Assembly (NCBI GenBank): GCA_011109175.1
Contig: RDEW01000001.1
Coordinates: forward strand, 384,395-448,394
Reading direction: 5' to 3'
Origin: Dicyema japonicum
Lineage: Eukaryota > Animalia > Dicyemida
Length of the DNA stretch: 64,000 nucleotides
A program made the translations under genes and the position numbers. Positions 12,395-25,208 of the stretch are shown here, piece after piece. Under the pieces are notes generated by a model. The model saw only the letters and a program-made list of their open reading frames with translations. It was not told where the DNA came from and did no database searches. The number at the start of each line of letters is the position of its first letter. Position 1 is the first letter of the stretch.

Positions 12395-13650
12395 GGTTAA
12401 TAACCGTAACCTGATCAACAGATATTGGTTAGCATACATGCGACGCGCAGTACATGCGAGATTCACAAAATACTAAAAAAATTTTCTTAGTAAAACTTTC
12501 ATTGGAAAAAATTATTAATAATATTAAAATTACATATAGTACATATTTTTATTTAAAATATTAATTATAAAACATGTATCTAGTGAATCTCACACGTGAT
12601 ACCTTGGAAAAATTAGGATCTACTGTGCTACTGGTAAGATCGATAATTGCCCTGACTGAGAGAAGGGTAAAATCAAAAGATGTGCCGAACAATTCATTTT
12701 CAAAGATTTGAAACCCTACATTATAAAATGGTATAGAACTGAGATACTTTGTGTTCATATTCAGGCATCAAATACAGTAATTTTAGTCAACACGATTGCT
12801 TGCAACTAAACCTGAAATTACACCAATGATTGCTTATGCTCCAAGAGATCGGTAGATTGTAGATCTTGTTGATTTACGTCGATATTCTTCTCAAAATGAA
12901 AACTATTCTTGGGTAATTAGTTTGCAATATTTTTATCAGCAAGAGTTATGCGATAAATTTGCCATTTCGCATGTTACATAACGTCCAAGATCTCCTTGGA
13001 TACAAGGACAAGTAGACCGGTTTTGGCTTTTTTTATCAATAGATTTAACCAATCAATTAAAAGATGGGATTCTTCCACGAGTTCATCCAAGGGAAATTTA
13101 AAAGACATTGTACGGATTATAAAGACCTTCATACAACAAGACAGCGGCCTTTTGAGATTTTTTACAACGTCAATCTGGAGAAAAATCAGGAAAAAATAGA
13201 ATCGTTAATAAATTTTGCCGCGGGGTGAAGACAAGAGCCAATAGAATGTTCATCCTTGAATAATTTAGAAGAAAAACGAAAAATTGCTCTTGAAAATATA
13301 AAGTCAAGTGAAAAGGTGAAAAAACGCCGAAGATTGAAATACGATGAACTCAATTCAGGAGACGAAATTTTATTACGTCATGATGGGGATGCCAATGAGG
13401 GTAATAGGCGCTATATGACTATGTTTCTACAAAAAAGTACCAAGTTGTAAGAAAGGAGAACTGATAACTATTGTTGACCAGGACGAAAAAAATAATGAAT
13501 ATAACACCGTTCATATTAGTGGAGTTAAAAATTGTGACCCCTGAATTTTTTTACGATGTGTACTTTTTAAATTGGATCACTTTTTTTGATTACTAACATT
13601 ACCTCTGTTAGGGCTAGAGTTAGGGTTGATTTAAAATAGATTAGCTTGAC
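12395..13650 (+). mobile_element. Degraded rve/DDE-integrase element (Ginger2-like?) with telomere-like subterminal repeats
   Basis: Broken frames give PEITPMIAYAPRDR-IVDLVDLRRYS-NENYSW and RPRSPWIQGQVDRF-NQSIKR. taaccgtaacct near 12401 and ttagggctagagttagggtt near 13608. Confidence 0.6.
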
Positions 13651-13726
13651 AGATTGTAATTTTAAATCTTTATGTTAGAAATTAAAAAAATGATTAAATT
13701 TTTGAGATAAAATTAGTATGGCTAAC

Positions 13727-13995
13727 TAATACGAAGCACTACGCGACCGATTCGCGTTTTATCCGATTGTGGTCGAGACAACTGGAGGAATAAGTGGAAA
13801 ATCGCTTCGCTACCTAAGAATCTCGGACGCTTAGCTACACAAAAAGCCACGACGCACGTGAGACCCGGTGGCTTCTCCAGTTGATCTCTGTTGCAATCGT
13901 GAGGGTCAACGCAACGTCGATAATGTTGGCGGGGTCCACTTTGGATAGCAGTGTTAAATGAAAAAATAAATTTATGTTGGTTAAATAAAGTTTGG
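13727..13995 (+). mobile_element. 3' fragment of CRE-like element
   Basis: Near-identical to 38303-38590 (YE-L-DRFAFYPIVVETTGGISGKS...ISVAIVR). Confidence 0.9.
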
Positions 13996-14314
13996 TTATT
14001 GTAAAAAATTCGCAAAAATAGTTATTTTAATTTTAGGTAATCACCATTCGAATGTAGAGAGTGAGAGCTATTCGCCCGTGTTTAGATTCAGGTATTCACG
14101 AAATTTTACAAAAAGATATTTTAAACATACTGGATTTTTATTTGAATTGGATTTTTTTAAAAATTGAATGAAGTTTCTATGCATTACAAAAATGATTATA
14201 TTAATTAATTTAATTGATTGCCAAAGAATTATTAATACGCTCATTAAAAAAGTTTTTTTTTTTGAACAAATTAAATAGGTTTTATTATAAAATGAATAAA
14301 AATTAAATTAAGGC

Positions 14315-14590
14315 ATCTGAATGGCCATGCTATTTCCCCTAACAATAGCCAACGAGATACGTTCTCGGAACCAACCAGTCTCTCGCGGATCCTTGGTCAC
14401 AGCTTGAATCATGGAGCCGATCTTACGAACCAACTCATCTGCTTGGGGCCAAGGATTCCTGACGTTTCCACCGCGAATGGAACAAAAAGATACTCCTCCG
14501 AAATTCTCTGGTACTTCCTCCTCTTTCGTTCCTCGGCCTGCTTTGAAGCATGTCCTGGGTCTGAAGCAGAAGCAACCAAATTAGACGGGG
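14315..14590 (-). mobile_element. 3' fragment of CRE-like element
   Basis: Minus strand FVPFAVETSG...DPRETGWFRERISLAIVRGNS. Confidence 0.75.
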
Positions 14591-15589
14591 AATAGATATC
14601 ATTAAAAAAGTTGAATTTTTTTTCAATTTAGCTTGCTTATTTTTTATAAAAGATTTAGCTTGATTAAAAAAAATTTTGGACCTCTAGATTTTTATAATGA
14701 TACTTTTGATGACAACGATTCAAAAATTTACCAATTTCACTTAGAATCTTTGGCCCGAGATTTGAAAAAAATGAATAATTACCCCCAATTCATTTGAATA
14801 TTTGGGTTACAAATTTTGGGGTAACTCCATCATTCTACACAAATAATAAAAATAAACATCAATCTGATTACTTCATAAGTCCCCTTATGTGATTACTTCA
14901 GAAATTCATTAGGTTACATCAACCTCACTTAGAAGTTGTCAAACTGGGAGTAAATATCCCCTATGACCATAAGTAAATTTAATTAACTCCCACCAATACA
15001 ACTTTAATAGCGTTGCATATGATCCTCTACATCACAAACCATCGGGTTGAGTCTATCATTCTTTACAGCAACTAGCGTATGGTGGAAACCTTGGGTAAAC
15101 ATCGGATTCCTACAACACCTCCGAAGAACCAAAAAGCAACAAGATCACGTGGATCTCGATATCAATCACTAAAATTCAATACCTTGAATCCCCTCACATT
15201 CATAAATCCCACCAGAATCGTTCAATCACTCGATATAGCCTTGGGTTCGATTTCCCCCACTGGCTTCTTTGTCAAGGATTTCTCTACCTTTCTTTGTGTC
15301 TTCTCTTTCCTTGTTCATCTAGAGTGGAGTGATGAGATCTATATTCTCTGGTGGCGCCCAGTGCCAGGGTAGCACGACAATTGATCATTTGCTTGGGTTC
15401 ACACGACTGCAAAGACTGATCACCTCCTTCTCTTCCTCTGTTCTGGATAGAGTTGTGTATGATATCTGGGAGGTATCTGCTTCTATGACCGTATGACTAA
15501 AAATTAAAAAAATTAAAATTATTCCAAAGACTAAGGGTAGCCAAGCTAACTATCTCCTTTATCCTGACTCGTTCCTGAACTTATCTCAA

Positions 15590-15748
15590 CGACATTGTCC
15601 CCCGGGGAAAGAATAGTTGGATCCTCTTGATTCCGGCCAAGCATTAGGCGTCTCTTCAGTGAGGTGGATTCAATGACGCCATCGGAGGGAAAGAAAATAA
15701 TTTTTGTCCAACTAGCCACGTAGCACCACATGGGGCCTCGCGGCCAGA
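15590..15748 (-). mobile_element. Highly diverged family-A SINE/LINE 5' segment
   Basis: 5' hairpin ggccgcgaggccccatgtggtgctacgtggct followed by tggcgtcattgaatccacct...gacgcc...gaggatcc. A further partial copy lies on + at ~15330-15395. Confidence 0.55.
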
Positions 15749-16429
15749 CATAATAACTAGATACATTTAATTAATATATTTAATTAATTTTGAATAAATT
15801 TAATCTTAATTACAAATTAATAAAAAATAAAGTTAGTTGTTGAAGGACGCTCTGGATAGGCCTTCCGGTAACTCATCATCAAAACATTTCTAAACTCCAA
15901 GCGTCACAGGAATGTACTGCAACCTTATATACCAATTTTTGAAGTCTACGGTGTAGTATGCATGTACCTTTTGTGCTTACGGAATTTCAATTTCAAGATT
16001 CCACAGGATAAATTCCCTAAGAACAAAAATCGTTCTCATAACCAATTTCTCTGTTCAGTTTTCCCTCCCATTACTCGACAACGCGGCAATCCGGAATAAT
16101 GGTTCCGGCTTCATCACTTTCTGTGGCTTTATGTCTGTCGCTTCTACCAATCAGCGATAGAAGGGTACAATTAAATTTGGTAAAAAAACTCACGCCTTTC
16201 CAAATTCTCATGAAAAGGGAACGTCGTGGATTCAGGAAAGCTATGGGTACTGGAGGAGCACAGCTCAAAAAGTCACTTACTTCCATCTCCAGTCGCTCCT
16301 TTGCTGTCAATAAAAGTCTGTACCACAGCTTCTTTCACCTTGTCAGAAATTTTTTTTCAATGATGATCAAAAATAAACCTGACGGGCGCTGATTTGACAT
16401 CAAAGACCTCAAACATGTTTTTAACTGTT

Positions 16430-16730
16430 TTAACTTTGAAAAAAACGTTAACAACTAACAATTGAGTAGCCAACTGTGAGTTATGAACGAATGCAAAGTT
16501 GGAAAAACATCCCAGCCAAACTCAACTTGTGAAGCAAAAAAATCCTTCGCAGTTCTGTTTCCACTTCGGAAAAGACAGTCAACGATTTCTTCGTAGAGAG
16601 AAGATGAGTTCATGTCAATCTCAAAATAACTACCAAAATTCTGACATTTTCGGTTCAAGGTTTCCAAATGTTCCTTGTTTTCAACATCAATTGAATCCAG
16701 TTTTAACAAGAACGAAAGCTTGTCAGCGAG
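16430..16730 (-). mobile_element. hAT transposase C-terminal (dimerization) remnant
   Basis: LYEEIVDC...DVFPTL...VAT...S-ERFFSKLKTVK pattern across broken frames. Confidence 0.55.
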
Positions 16731-16844
16731 CCTACGAATCCGGCATGAGCGTTCTAAAAATTAGACCTTCAGTCTGTGTCCGAATCCAATTTAAGAAAAA
16801 AAGAGAGTGAATGGTCATATAGCGGCCGACTGGAGATGGAAGTA

Positions 16845-17355
16845 AGTGACTGCGTGGCTATTTCCCCTCAAGAAATTCGCTCAAATAGGAGCGCTCACGG
16901 GTGTCTTCTGATCGTGTAGAAATCCGATTCCCGAGACGACTCAATAATTCCAGTATCGCAGGCGCAAGGGAACCAGATGTCTCAAGGGTGAGTGTAACGA
17001 ACAAAAAATAATTGGGTAGGGCCGCGTACTTTACCCTTTCAATCCCTCGGCCTTCTCAGCGGCAGAACAGGCTCCAGAGGCATTCCGTAGTAGGTTGTCG
17101 ATGGAGGTGACGTCAAGAGGTTTCCCGGCTTCAAAAGGAAAGGTTATCATTCAATCTGGTCGTTTTCCGTCACGCCTACAAAGACAGACTGGTTCGAGCA
17201 TGGAGCGGTGTCCGACGGCGTCCAAAGATAACCTAACAACTTTGTTCATGGTCATGTGTCTGGAAAATCTGCTTGCACTCTTCGGCAGAAGTGAGAGTGT
17301 ATGCCAAAACAGTCGATCTGGTCTCCGCCCAAAACTCCATTAGAATGGCCTCGAC
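16845..17355 (-). mobile_element. Degraded CRE-like C-terminal fragment
   Basis: FSRHM...MLEPVCL-RDGKRPD...FPFEAGKPL...ETSGSLAPA. Confidence 0.75.
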
Positions 17356-18054
17356 GATTCATTTATTATTCTTTTTATTTAATCAACTTATGATAAGCCT
17401 TCGTCTTTCACACTCTTTCCGGGTATCTTTTTTTCGCCTGACTCTTTCCAAGGGTACATTCCACCTCTGACAGTATTCTGATTCCGATCCTACTGCAGTC
17501 TTAATGATGTCCTCATATTTAAGGTCAATAATTCTATTGAGCCTATCAATCGTGCATGATTTTTCAAGCCTTGGTGCAAAATCCAAATATTCACGCATTG
17601 CATTTCAGGACTTCTTTCATGTTCATAAATACACACAAGAAATCAAAACAAAAGACTAGCAAGGAAAGACAAGTCTCTCCTCGCACGTTATGCTGCGCAA
17701 GCGTGATAGCGTCGTCATAACAAAGAGAAGGTCACTGACTGCGCTTCATCACGATTCACAGCGAACAAGCATCTACCATCGATTAAAACCAATGCGCTTG
17801 AAGTCTTAAGCGCTGTCAATGGAACACTGTGATCTCTAGCAGTCGATCTTATCTATGTAGAAAAAACATCGAGAAAAAAGTGAGTATAACTTAATGTGAA
17901 CTCTATGGCTTGGATTTGCTGCCTCTTATGGCGTAGATCTCTTGCCCCTTTGACTTGGATATGCTGCCTCTATGTCCCTCCTTACGCACGCCACTGTCAC
18001 CAGGGATCACTTAATTAGTTGGTTTAACTCCTTTTTTTGGTGTTTCCTTTTTTG

Positions 18055-18500
18055 GACCATGTGGAATCTATCATATCAACTTGTGCAAAGAAGATCAATT
18101 TTGTAAAGGCCTTCCTTTGGAACTGTGGAAAAATTTATCCGCCAGGTATCGGGACCCTCCACAAGCAGTATGTTGAGCCAACAATAGGCTATGCATGTGC
18201 TGCATGGGGATCTAACCTGTCGGCAACGAACCTATCAAAAATTCAGTCAAGAGCAATAAAATTACTGGAAAAATATACAGATAAAGAAATTGCCCCCAGA
18301 GCACTCGAGTCTATCATAGAGGCAACTGGAGGCAATTTCAGAAGAGGAAAGGAAAAAAACCCCCGTCCGTATAGAAAATGCGTGGGATCACGGTCGGAGC
18401 ATCGAGAAAAAATGGCCCGATTAATGAGAGATTCCGGGATCACCTGAATATTAGTTATTGGTTAAGACGGTGTTTCTTTGGTTTAAATAATAATAATAAT
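18055..18500 (+). mobile_element. 3' end of APE LINE ending in a (taa)n tail
   Basis: HVESIISTCAKKINF...YVEPTIGYACAAW; near-identical in inverted orientation to 60150-60590. Confidence 0.88.
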
Positions 18501-18699
18501 GCTGGACTGGTTGCCATCACCTGTCATTTGTAATCTGACAACTGTCATATTTAACCTACATTTCATACAAAAAGAATTCGCACGAGTAATTTTCCATTCA
18601 TCCTTGCCCTCAAATTTATTATCAAGGGCAATTCGTGTTGTGTCTTTGCATCACTCAGCTTAGTCGGGTTAGAAAACTGGAAAAACTTCTTAATTCCCC

Positions 18700-19330
18700 T
18701 TTTATTCAATTGTGTTATGTGTGACATTCCGAAGGTTAGACACTTAAATTCGAAAATGCTTATTTATGCTGATGATGTAATTCTGTTTGATCTTAGTATT
18801 AATAAATCGATTTCCTGAAAATGTGTTTCAACACACATCGAAGAAACTACATGTTGGTGCCGAGATAAAGGTTTATCCTTATCTCTTGAAAAGCGTACTG
18901 CTTCATGGATTGTGAATAACAAAAATAGGTCAAAAATTTGAATTAATACTGGAACAATCAAATGCATGGAACTGTTGCAATATCTTGGTGTTTGTGTGAA
19001 CTCGAAGGGCTCCTTTATAAATTACATCAAGAAAAAAGCGACAGCGATGTTGACATCGCTTCTACGTTTTTAATTGAGCCCGGAAACTTGTATGGAACCA
19101 TTTTTGATTTATGGCTTCCAAAAATGGTTTGAAAGCGATGAGAGAAGTATTCTAGTAGAGCTTATCGATAGATCGAAGAGATATGCTATTAAACTGGCAT
19201 ATGGACTTGATTTAAAATCTAAATTACCGCCTAGCTATAAAAGACGTGCAAGCTCGTTATACCGTACCTCATCAACTAGCACAAACTCATTGGCTTCTCT
19301 CCTTTCTCTGATAAAGAATATTTAAATTAT
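18700..19330 (+). mobile_element. Degraded LINE RT fragment
   Basis: PLLFN...IYADDV...YLGV motifs with stops and frameshifts. Confidence 0.7.
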
Positions 19331-19469
19331 TTTCCCATATTTTTTTAATTACTTATTATTATTTTTTTTAATTTCATTATCGGTCAAAGATATGTGCTCA
19401 AAGATGTTGGTGTCTTTCTGTTGATTAATCGGTTACGTTAAACATATTTTGAATACGAGACAATAATGA

Positions 19470-20050
19470 TTGCTTTAACCTTAACTCTTAACCCAACCCT
19501 AACCCCCTAATCCCTAAACCTAATCAGAAATGCATACAATAGCTTATGCTCTGCATAGAGTCAGCAAGCTAATCAAAAGTGTTCACAGAAATGTCATTGA
19601 AACCGTTGTAAATATTGTTCAGTATGCAGGTTTTCCATTTTTCTTAAACCATAAATTACTATAGTTCATAGATTTCTTACTATAAACATCATGTGATTGC
19701 TACTAGGAACGATTCCAAGCGGACTTAATCGATGTCAAAAATTTGAGTACTTAAAATGACGACTACAAATGGATTTTAGCTGTATTCGATTTTTACAGTA
19801 AATATTCCACATTACTTTAAAGTAAGAGATAAAGTATTTTTATAATTAATTTTTTGGTTCGCATGGTAAAGGATTAGGAATCCATTAAGACTTAACTGTT
19901 GATTTACTAACACGTGATGGTAACCACTCCGGCATGGTTAAGTTAGTTGTTATATCAAGGTCTTCATTATTGCCTGCAAACATTGAGCACGTGATGGGAA
20001 TTACCTCTCATGATTACTAGCCCAATGTTCTGGAATAACCATCGAGTCAT
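19470..20050 (+). mobile_element. Second rve-integrase remnant, preceded by degenerate (TAACCC)n
   Basis: ERFQADLIDVKNLS--ND-YKWILAVFDFYSKY near 19705-19810. taaccttaactcttaacccaaccctaaccccctaatccctaaacct at ~19476-19521. Confidence 0.55.
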
Positions 20051-20342
20051 TGGCTCACTGCAGCCATGACCATCGAGTCATTAAATCAATTTTATTTAAC
20101 GCAAAAAATTAGGTCAAAAACTGCTGGCTGAGGAGAGAAAGAAGCTGGCTCATTGAGCGAATTTCCATGCAAATCTTCAGGGGAAATGCGTTCTCAATTA
20201 TGAGAGCAGCCAGCAGGTTGTTGACTGTTAGTTTTTGCGTTCAATAAAATTGATTAAATTAATAAATTGAATAAATATAGATTAATGTAATTGATACCCT
20301 TAAAATATAATTTTTTGTCCACTCAATCATTGAATTTACTTT

Positions 20343-20658
20343 GGCGCCATGTGGTGCTGCGTGGTTAATTGGTTTAAGTTTTCTGCCTGCTTGTCTGTTC
20401 CTCCTCTCTTCCTATTAAACTGGCGTCATGTGATCCACCTGTCTAGGTGACGCCCAGTGCCAGGCCGGCATTAAAAAGGATCATTTGCTCTTCCCCACTT
20501 CACTGGAGGGGTTTCCACAACTGCATGTAATGGACGTCTTACCCTTTATGCTAATTCCGGATGGACTCTGTTTCTGTAGAAGTGGAAACTTGATGCACTT
20601 AATTAGTTGTTTACTTTAACTTCTTTCTCGGTGTATCTGGGGTTAATGAATAAATAAA
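20343..20658 (+). mobile_element. Bipartite non-tRNA SINE (family A)
   Basis: Closely similar along its length to 55032-55344; contains the pseudoknot domain and a LINE-like 3' tail (cacttaattagttgtttac...ggttaat..ataaataaa). Confidence 0.88.
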
Positions 20659-21927
20659 TTTAATAACTCTGAGAAGGGAACATTTTTGAAAATGTACACT
20701 CAAACGCAAGTTTCCATTATTGGGGTTTTTTATGTTGCATTTCGTTTACTTTAGTGTATTTTAGTTGTACACAACGAAAGGCATTTTTCAAATTTATCCT
20801 TAATTTCTATCGAGATCGGTAAGTTTTTTGAGATCTGCTTTCCTCATCTCAAATTAGATTATTTACTAAGTTCCTGTCAGTGCAGACGATATTGTTTTGG
20901 CTTCTTGAGATCGGACCATCCGGAAGGGAACGGAAATAACACAAATTAACCTGGATTGGTTCAAAGCCTGGATTATGGAGAACCTGCTCATGGTGAATGC
21001 AGTAAAGTCGACCATGTCTCTTTTTTTACCTCGGACAAAAAACTAGGAGGGAAGACAGTCGACTTGAAGTCGAACCGGCCCGACTCCTCAGGTGGCCCTT
21101 ATGCGACTGGACTCCAGAATGCGGTCCTGTAAATTCAGTCAACAACCCAGTGCGGTTATGCACTGGCAGAGGAATGAACAACGGACCAAGATGAGGTCTC
21201 ACGCTATAATTAGTTTAGATTACCGTGGACTTGGCATGTTAAATCAATAAACATGAATCCATTACAAATGTGATGTTATTTTTAAGAATTTCAGATCACC
21301 AAGACACTAATTAAGTGATCCCATCTTCCATTAATACCCAGACCCTCCTTTTGTGGTCATACAGTGTTCCAATTGTAGAACGGTACAGTCTCCGTGAATG
21401 GCTAGAAAGGAATTCTTTAAGAGTGTCCCCAATGTACACTTCGGTCTAACATTTGGACTCCCTATCTGAGATTAATATCGCGCTAACTGAGTTTGCCATA
21501 CCGTAGTCTCCCACGTCTGTAAACGTATACACGTGTTGGGTGTACTGAAGCAATTGAATCATTCATCTCAACCGAGGTGAAGAAGGTAATTGGAGGTGTG
21601 GGATTTGGATTGCAGCGTTGTAAGTAGACTATGCGGGAGTGGCGACCCCCCACTGATGTAATATGCAGCAAAATAGATCCTTAAAGTCAATCAATTAGTA
21701 TACAACTAAATTTATCTTAAAACAACACGGCGGGGGGTAATTTAGTAATCCACGATGTACATAGTCAAACATAGCAATAAATACAGATTATCCATAGCAA
21801 CTTAACCACACAATACCCCAACAAGGGGAAGCACTTAACCACAGTACAACTAAATCAACCACGTGCATATAACAATAAATCAAGAAATCAGCCAAAAAAG
21901 AAAGTACAGAGAACAAACTAAGCCAAA

Positions 21928-22524
21928 TCATTTAGAAACGCTCCTCTTTGGCGAGGATCTCTTTGATCTCTCACTTGAAACACTCCTTCGGGTTCTTCTA
22001 TGTCTTCTCCTCCTGTAGTCAGACTCTGAGCTCCTAGAACGACTAGAACTGCTATATTTTTTCTTCCGCCCCCTATAGGCAGGGGATCTACTTCTAGAGG
22101 TCGACCGTCTACGAGAAGAACTGTCAATATTACAAAATTCTACCGGTTCTTCATTCTGTCACAGTCATATGAGTAGTGACCACGCTCGTTACAGCGAAAG
22201 CACCTGTCAGACGGACTGAAGGATCTCTTTCCGTTCCTCGATCTGGCGGCGGTCGCTTTCGAATGCTCTACGCGGACACGGACTCCACAGATGACGGAGC
22301 CATCAAGTTTGCTTACTGAGTCGTCAGCATCACGTGGGTCCTCGAATTCCACGAAGGCGAAGCCCGGAGGATTCCGTGCGACCCAGACTTTTCTGATGTT
22401 CCCGAACTTTGAGAAGGCAGTCTCTATCTCCTTCTCGGAGGCGTCCCTCGGTAAATCGCCAATGAAGACTTTGCACTCAGTTCTATTTAGAGGGAAGACA
22501 AACTGACGACCTTCTGTCACCCAT
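21928..22524 (-). CDS. SRSF7: SR splicing factor with RRM, CCHC zinc knuckle and RS domain (SRSF7/9G8-like), ~182 aa
   Basis: KVFIGDL...[23 protein letters not shown]...[14 protein letters not shown] plus RS tail. Introns 22483-22507 (or -22510) and 22121-22143 give an uninterrupted frame from ATG 22524 to TGA 21928. Confidence 0.92.
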
Positions 22525-23262
22525 GTCGAAAGGATCAAGCGTGCTTCTTTATTAATTTATTTAAATTAATTTTATTATATTTATATATTCTTCATAACTA
22601 TATATGTTTTATACCATTCAACCATTAATAATTAAATAATTAATTTACCTTCAAGGTTCTTTTAAAATCTTGTATCAATCTTCCTATAGGAAGAACGGTT
22701 CAACACAGGAAACTATTTGGAACCTAGGATGAGTGCCGAAAGTTCATTACCTCCATCCTGAAAGATATTGGGATCACTTAATTATATGATTATAACATCT
22801 TCTATCTTCATCTTCTTGTGGTTAGTAAATAAAATATAAAATCTTTTTTATACTTAGTTAAGTTTCCCTGGTCTCACCAACTTGTGGAGACAATCGATTT
22901 TTAAGTTGGACGCAGAAAATGCCGGTCGCTCCCATAAATCTGTCATTTTCGTCATTATGCCGGTCGCTCCCTTGAATCTTTACTATTTATGCCATCACAC
23001 AGGCGATAACATTCGAATCTGTAGTTTCCTATAATTGATGAGATCTGATCAACCCAAGGCTGTTTGTTTACTAAACAAGATTGGACAACTAAGTCATCCA
23101 CATAACACCCCATGAACGTCCTCCCCTCCCTCTACAGGTTGGCAACTATCAATACTTTACTATTTGCGTCAAATAAGCCCAATTTCCAAACCGATTGATT
23201 AGTTAATATATGAATGCGACTAATTGCTCAGACTATTAAACTGAGAGAAGTAGTCTTCTGCA

Positions 23263-25208
23263 ATGTCAACACTCTCATTAAGGGACGATTCTCAGACAGA
23301 AGAGCACTTGTTGTCTCAAAAAATAAAGGAAAGGATATCAGTCATCGTCAAACGAATAAAAGAGAGGACCGCTCACTACAATGCGTTGATTTTCAGAGAG
23401 GAAGACTCTGATGACGAAATTGTTGCGGCTGAGACTGAACGGAAGGAGACAGGTTTAGAGGAGATCATCATCGAGAAGGCTAAGGTCAAAGGAATCAGAT
23501 TAAAATGGAGACCAAATGATACTATCAACACGGAAGGTAATACAGCTTAGAATTTGAAGGAAATTTATACTTTTCGTGGCTGTGCGTAGTTTCTTTAGCA
23601 TTTTTCTACGACACATTTTTTGTAACATTACGAAGCACGATGGACGTTTATCAGAAGGACGCCAGTTTGCTCAAAGTTTGGTGTTCCTTAGACTACATCT
23701 GCGACTTTATTTATATTCTGGATATTTTATACTTCAAAACAAGGCTGGAGTTTGTCCAAAATGGAGTCCTCATTGTAACCCAGACTGACCACTTTAGAAA
23801 GACTACAAACTAACGAAGAAAAATTACTTCAAAAGTCAGCTGTTCAAGGTTCAGTTATTTCTAAATCGTTCAGATCGACGTCATCTGCATTCTGCCCACA
23901 GATTTGTTATATTTGATTAACATGTCTTTTGACATGCCGATTATCCGACTTAACAGAATCCTCAAAGTTTACGGGGGTTAATTACTTAAGATTCAGTCAT
24001 ACTTTGAGTTTTGGAGGCAATTCGACCGGAGATCCAAGTTGGGATATATTGTAAGGTTAACCTCATGGTCTCCAAACTCAGGGTCGTCAAAACTGTTATT
24101 TACATGATTTTCCTTGTTCACATTGAAGCGTGTGGATACTTTATGATCTCTAAGTTTGAGATCCTCTACGGGGACAGATCTCCAAACCACATGGAATGAA
24201 AGATGAAAATGCGAACTCTTCGATAAATCTGTGGATCTACAACGGGGATGGGATGGCGTTAGTGGTGTTCTGTTCAAAGCAGATATATAAGATGCTTCTA
24301 CGTCGCTCTGAAAACCGCTTCTTCAATTGGAAACAACCTCCCCCGCAAACCTTCGCGGAAGTTTGTTTTATGGGTGTCTACTGGATTGTTGGTATCTTTA
24401 TATTTGCCCTGCTCGCTGGCCAGGTCTAGTTTGGAAGTCAACTTTAGATTCAGGACATCTTCGCTTCTGCTACCGTGGCCAAGACCAACTACCAGGCTTC
24501 AATGGACCGGACTCTGAATTACCTCCAGAGCAACAAACTCCCAGATGAGTTAGTTGATAAGATCAGATCTTGGTACTCCTATATTTGGGGATATCAAAAG
24601 TGTCTCGGTTTGGCTGGAAATCTAATTTAGACGAATCTGAGTTCATAGAAATCCTCCCCCTGAAATTACAGGAGTCTATAGCCGTGGACATTCACTTCAA
24701 GATCCTCAAGAAAGTGAAACTCTTCAAAGTATCAGCAAAACATAGTATTTCAGGGATTCAGTGAAAGTCTTCTGATGGAGTTGGTCTGCAGACTAAAGTC
24801 AACCATTTTCCTTCCCGGGGAGTGTGTTTGTAAAAAAGGGGACATTGGGAGGGAGATGTACATAATTACAACGGAATGCTTGATGTAGTAGGAGGGGAGA
24901 ATAATGAGATTGTTTTTGTGACTCTGAACCCTGGAACAGCATTCGGAGAGATCAGGTCGAGGTTCTCATTACTTTAGTCTGATGGGATTCGAAGGAAACA
25001 ACCGTAGAACAGCAAACGTCGTCTCCCGGGGGTATACAAATCTGTACAGTCTTTCCAAAAGTGACTTTGATGTCACTATGGGGAGTTATCCTGAGTGCTA
25101 CAACCAAATCAAGAAAGAGGTCAAGTAATAGTCGAGATTTAATGATTAAGGAAGACGTTGAAAAGCGAAAAAAGGAAGATCGAATTTGACCCCAGAATAT
25201 TTCGCTAA
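23263..25208 (+). CDS. Cyclic nucleotide-gated channel beta subunit (CNGB/TAX-2-like), ~560 aa
   Basis: 11 introns of 22-26 nt give S1-S6 (YFSWL, LDYICDFIY, IRLNRILK), pore (YIRCFYVALKTASSIG), C-linker and CNBD (FLPGECVCKKGDIGREMY...FGEISL...RRTANV). Three 1-nt homopolymer losses (~24172, ~24342, ~24866). 5' start uncertain. Confidence 0.9.

Noticed and set aside
19476-19521. True or interstitial telomere array
   Set aside because: Short, degenerate and attached to an integrase remnant.
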